Assembly (NCBI GenBank): GCA_050506795.1
Contig: JBJHCF010000013.1
Span: forward strand, 1-64,000
Reading direction: 5' to 3'
Source: Opitutia bacterium
Lineage (GTDB): Bacteria; Verrucomicrobiota; Verrucomicrobiia; Opitutales; T3Sed10-336
Length of the DNA: 64,000 nt
Shown here: positions 61,501-64,000 of the stretch, in pieces
How positions within the stretch are numbered: the stretch's first letter is position 1
How the letters are laid out: every line of letters begins with the position of its first letter
The notes under the pieces: model-generated
The model's database searches: none
What the model was told of the DNA's origin: nothing
The model's input: only the letters and a program-made list of their open reading frames with translations
Program-made: the position numbers and the translations under genes

Positions 61501-61615
61501 GGCCCGAGCTGTGATTGGCGGTTTGATGAGCTCGGCCGCCATCACCTTGTTTATCATCCCAATCGTCTACATTTGGTTCAACCGCGGCCGAACCGCGACT
61601 GAAATGCGGGTGTAG
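58517..61615 (+). CDS. RND efflux permease (AcrB/AcrD/AcrF family)
   Basis: RPV, GMMVDNAIVVLENI, GIVVNNAIL, RLRPILMT; 1032 aa. Confidence 0.96.
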   Translation: MNLSSFSITRPVFTVMVYLIVILVGAISLARLPIDLIPEIEFPRLTVVTSYENASPEEVEQLITRAVEEALAAVPGVEEIISNSAEGSSNVTLAFRWGTNLDEASNDVRDRLDRVLNRLPDDADRPQLRKFDPNSFPVIIMGASSRLDPVSLRSLLDNQIRNRLDRVPGVGGIDIWGGLEREIQIMVDPDRVRALGLSLERLIDAIREENVVVPAGEIEDGRLRVALRTPGLLASLDELRDIVVAKREGAPVYLGQLAEVRDTHAEITRITRINGEPGVSLAVRKQSGTNTVQVVRDVRREMARINVDFPQLTLTPIRDTSEYIQRSIANVNRSILYGGLLAIVVLLFFLRSLRSTAIIATAIPISIVASFSLMYFSGLTLNLMTLGGIALGVGMMVDNAIVVLENIFRLRENRVEPRQAAHQGSSEVAAAIVASTLTTLAIFLPLVFLEGVSGVMFRQLAYVIGFTLLCSLVVALTLVPMLASRVPADDADRPAGALQRQGKGALAWAAARFKRLEDGYRAMLDGSLRRPFTVFGSAVVLFVATLFLLPRLGSEFMPEADEGEIRVDVEMDPGVRIEVMDAKMREIEAIVRENVPELANLEVRSGVWGWWGGSAVRGSVRGYLVPIRERSRSSDQVANDLRDALRDVTGASIRTRPGRGLFLLRLGSGGDQDDRLGVEITGFDLNTLDALAQQVSLAVEDIEGVTDVTVSREEGVPRQLARIDRDRAADFGLTTGRVARMLRTAIGGAPAGEFRDNGDEVRMRLRLRDADRMEMEDVLDLTIPNDDGEQIALRSLVMLDTEPGPTRIERRNQRRVVNVTVNFAGRDLGSASQEILTVLAGIPTPANYEMFVRGDYEEQREAFRELMLSMVLSLLLVYMVMACLYESLRNPLVVMFSVPLAAIGALLMLFLTGSTLNVQSYIGLIMLGGIVVNNAILIVDQASRLQGEGMSAEDAAREAGRRRLRPILMTSLTTMLALTPLAIGLGEGAEAQAPLARAVIGGLMSSAAITLFIIPIVYIWFNRGRTATEMRV

Positions 61616-61833
61616 TTCGCGCGATCAGTGGCGGTGGTGAGGCTTAGGTCGTTTATAACCAGTATATTGTATCTTATTCATGTAATCCGTTGACTGAACC
61701 GGGTTAGGATTGCGTCGGTAACGGTACGGTGACATATTCAGGTATTCTGTTCGCTCTCACACGAATTTGCCTGCGCCGTGGCGTGACGGCCTTGCGCGGG
61801 TTTTGCTGAAACAAAAACTCAAGTCTCTATTCA

Positions 61834-63189
61834 ATGAAAACGAAATTGGTCTCCCGTCGGCGTTTCCTTGGCGCCATGCTCGTAGCCGGAACGGCTCCCA
61901 TGATTCTTCCCTCCCGTTTGCTGGGAGAAAGTGCGCCCAGCCGAACATTGAATCTGGCCTGTATCGGTATCGGCGGGCAGGGACGCGGCGTCACCCGTAC
62001 CTTCGGGAACATGGACCGCGTGAACATCGTGGCGGTGTGTGATATCGACATGAACAACGGGAGCGTGCGGGATACCCTGAACACCTATCCGGACGCGCGG
62101 CGCTTTGAGGATTTCCGGCGTATGCTGGAGGAAATGGGAGACGACATCGACGCGGTGTCGATTGCCACACCGGATCACGCTCATTTCCCCATGGCGATTC
62201 TTGCCATGTCGATGGGAAAACATGTTTTTGTCGAAAAGCCCCTGGCCAATACGTTCCTGGAAGCCGAGCTCCTCATGGCGGCGGAAAAGAAATACGGTGT
62301 GGTCACGCAGATGGGCAACCAGGGGCATTCGGGGCCGAATTACCATCAATTCAAGGCTTTCTCCGAGGCCGGTCTCCTGGACGGAATCAACAAGGTCGTT
62401 TCCTACATGAACGCCGATCGGCGCTGGCACCCCTGGGGCGATGTGCCGGGCTTTCCCGAAGGGGAGCCTGTCCCCGAGGGCTTGCGTTGGGATCTCTGGC
62501 ATACAACCGCGGAGGAACGTCCTTTCAGCCGCCGGTTTCATCCGGGCAACTGGCGGGGTTGGTATCGGTACGGCATGGGAGCGCTGGGCGACTGGGCGCC
62601 CCATATTGTCGATACCGTCCATCGCTTCCTGGAACTCGGTTTGCCCGAGCGGATCGATCCGGTTCATATTCGTCAACCCAACCCCTATATCTTCCCGCTG
62701 GAAACGACCTTGCGATTCGATTTCCCGGCCCGCGGGGAAAAGCCGCCGGTGGAGATGTTCTGGTACGATGGCGTGGAAAACGCACCGGAGAAGCCACCGG
62801 AACTCGAGGACGGCCCTCTTGGTCATGCCGGCTCGATTGTCTTTGGCGGTCAGTACACCTTCATGCGCGGTTCCCATGGCGCCGCTATGCGGGTGCTGCC
62901 CGACTCCCTCCGCCGCGAAGTCCAGCCGGGGCTTCCGGAATTTTCCACGGGATCGACCCATTACGAGAATTTTGTCCTTTCCGCAATGGGCGAGGAATCG
63001 CCTCGCTCGCCGTTCGAAATATCCGGCACGCTCAACCAGGTGTTCAATCTGGGCGTCATCGCCCAGGAACTCAATACCGCCCTGGAATTCGACCGCGAGG
63101 AAAAGCGTTTCACCAACAACGACGAGGCCAACGAACTGCTGGCCGGACCGCCTCCGCGGGCGGGTTGGGAAGAGTATTACCGGCTTTGA
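61834..63189 (+). CDS. Tat-exported Gfo/Idh/MocA oxidoreductase
   Basis: SRRRFL Tat motif, IGIGGQG, ATPDHAH, KHVFVEKP, QMGNQ, GALGDW. Confidence 0.92.
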   Translation: MKTKLVSRRRFLGAMLVAGTAPMILPSRLLGESAPSRTLNLACIGIGGQGRGVTRTFGNMDRVNIVAVCDIDMNNGSVRDTLNTYPDARRFEDFRRMLEEMGDDIDAVSIATPDHAHFPMAILAMSMGKHVFVEKPLANTFLEAELLMAAEKKYGVVTQMGNQGHSGPNYHQFKAFSEAGLLDGINKVVSYMNADRRWHPWGDVPGFPEGEPVPEGLRWDLWHTTAEERPFSRRFHPGNWRGWYRYGMGALGDWAPHIVDTVHRFLELGLPERIDPVHIRQPNPYIFPLETTLRFDFPARGEKPPVEMFWYDGVENAPEKPPELEDGPLGHAGSIVFGGQYTFMRGSHGAAMRVLPDSLRREVQPGLPEFSTGSTHYENFVLSAMGEESPRSPFEISGTLNQVFNLGVIAQELNTALEFDREEKRFTNNDEANELLAGPPPRAGWEEYYRL

Positions 63190-63342
63190 TTGGTCAATGA
63201 TCGTTGATCGAAATCCAGCGTGACCGTGCCTTTCGGTATAGGCTTGTTTTTACACAAGCTTGACCGGGGTTGGGGTTGTTTCGTTCGGGAAAAAGTCTAG
63301 GGTGAATTCACTCATCATAAGATGGGTGAATTCTCCCGATGC

Positions 63343-64000
63343 ATGAAACGATCTAAACGTCCGCTCTTTGTTTGCCGCTGCCTGTTCGGAATTGTGGCCT
63401 TGTTTTGGTGGGGCCATTTCGCGGCGTTCGCCGACGATGCTGAAACGTCCTTCCCTGGCCCGGAGTGGTCCGGGATCGGTGAGATCCTCCGTGAGCTGGA
63501 TTTGTCGGTTCCCTCCCAGCGCGACCTGGCGGTGATGCGAATTCGGACGTTCGAAGAGGAGCGCCGCGAGAATGCCCTGGTCAGGGCAAGGGAAAGAGGC
63601 CTCCCGCTGCGCGTCGAATTTCCGGACGACACGGTCAAGGAGATCGCCCTGTTCGATGACGAGGACCGTCCGGTGTATTTCACGACGCACAACGACCAGG
63701 CCGCGATCTCGACGGCCGCCGATCTGCTGCACGGTCCCGATTACGGGTTGGACGGCGGGGGGATCATTATCGGCATGTGGGACGGCGGGGCGGCGCGCGC
63801 CGGGCACCAGGAGTTTGCCGGAGGCAGAATGATGGTGATGGACGGCGCCTCTTCGATCAATCACGCCACCCACGTCGGCGGTACGCTGATCGCCTCCGGC
63901 GTGGTGGCCCGGGCCAAGGGTATGGCTCCCGCGGCCATCGTGGAGTCGTATGACTGGAACAATGACAAGTCGGAGATGGCCTCCCGGGCGGCCACCGGAC
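63343..64000 (+). CDS. Secreted S8 (subtilisin-like) serine peptidase, truncated by the window end
   Basis: Manual translation MKRSKRPLFV...IGMWDGG (catalytic Asp)...HATHVGGT (catalytic His)...KGMAP; no stop before 64000, so it is absent from the ORF track. Confidence 0.88.
   Translation, partial: MKRSKRPLFVCRCLFGIVALFWWGHFAAFADDAETSFPGPEWSGIGEILRELDLSVPSQRDLAVMRIRTFEEERRENALVRARERGLPLRVEFPDDTVKEIALFDDEDRPVYFTTHNDQAAISTAADLLHGPDYGLDGGGIIIGMWDGGAARAGHQEFAGGRMMVMDGASSINHATHVGGTLIASGVVARAKGMAPAAIVESYDWNNDKSEMASRAATG

Noticed and set aside
57279..61615. RND pair lacking an adjacent TolC-like gene
   Set aside because: A common arrangement; the outer-membrane factor is often encoded elsewhere

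Overview
GC-rich bacterial chromosomal window. It is most likely Verrucomicrobiota (Opitutae-like); this is an inference from the PEP-CTERM protein, the prepilin H-X9-DG-type protein, the long SecA, rpsP-trmD-rplS without rimM and the Tat-exported Gfo/Idh/MocA protein. About 53 CDS are present, mostly housekeeping: nrdR, trpG-like, tgt, secA, lnt, lptE, bamD, thiG, prfC, rpsP, trmD, rplS, tkt, gcvP, hrpB, pyrE, galK-like, an RND pair and LPS-type glycosyltransferases. I saw no rRNA, tRNA, CRISPR array, transposase or prophage. Highlights: (1) a tightly coupled operon at 44.5-50.8 kb in which an orphan GspE/PilB-type ATPase and a 68-aa protein with a FliM-N-like peptide sit inside a soluble phosphorelay; (2) a ~207-bp non-autonomous element with IS4-like terminal inverted repeats and REP-like hairpin cargo, present as one full copy plus three partial copies, one of which supplies the tgt stop codon; (3) several GTAG/GGAG REP-like repeat families; (4) an overlapping hairpin/terminator pair upstream of a CarH-like regulator whose cobalamin-ligating His appears replaced; (5) a 52-bp near-perfect palindrome after tkt. 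Start codons were chosen by eye. All family assignments come from motif recognition, not database searches.
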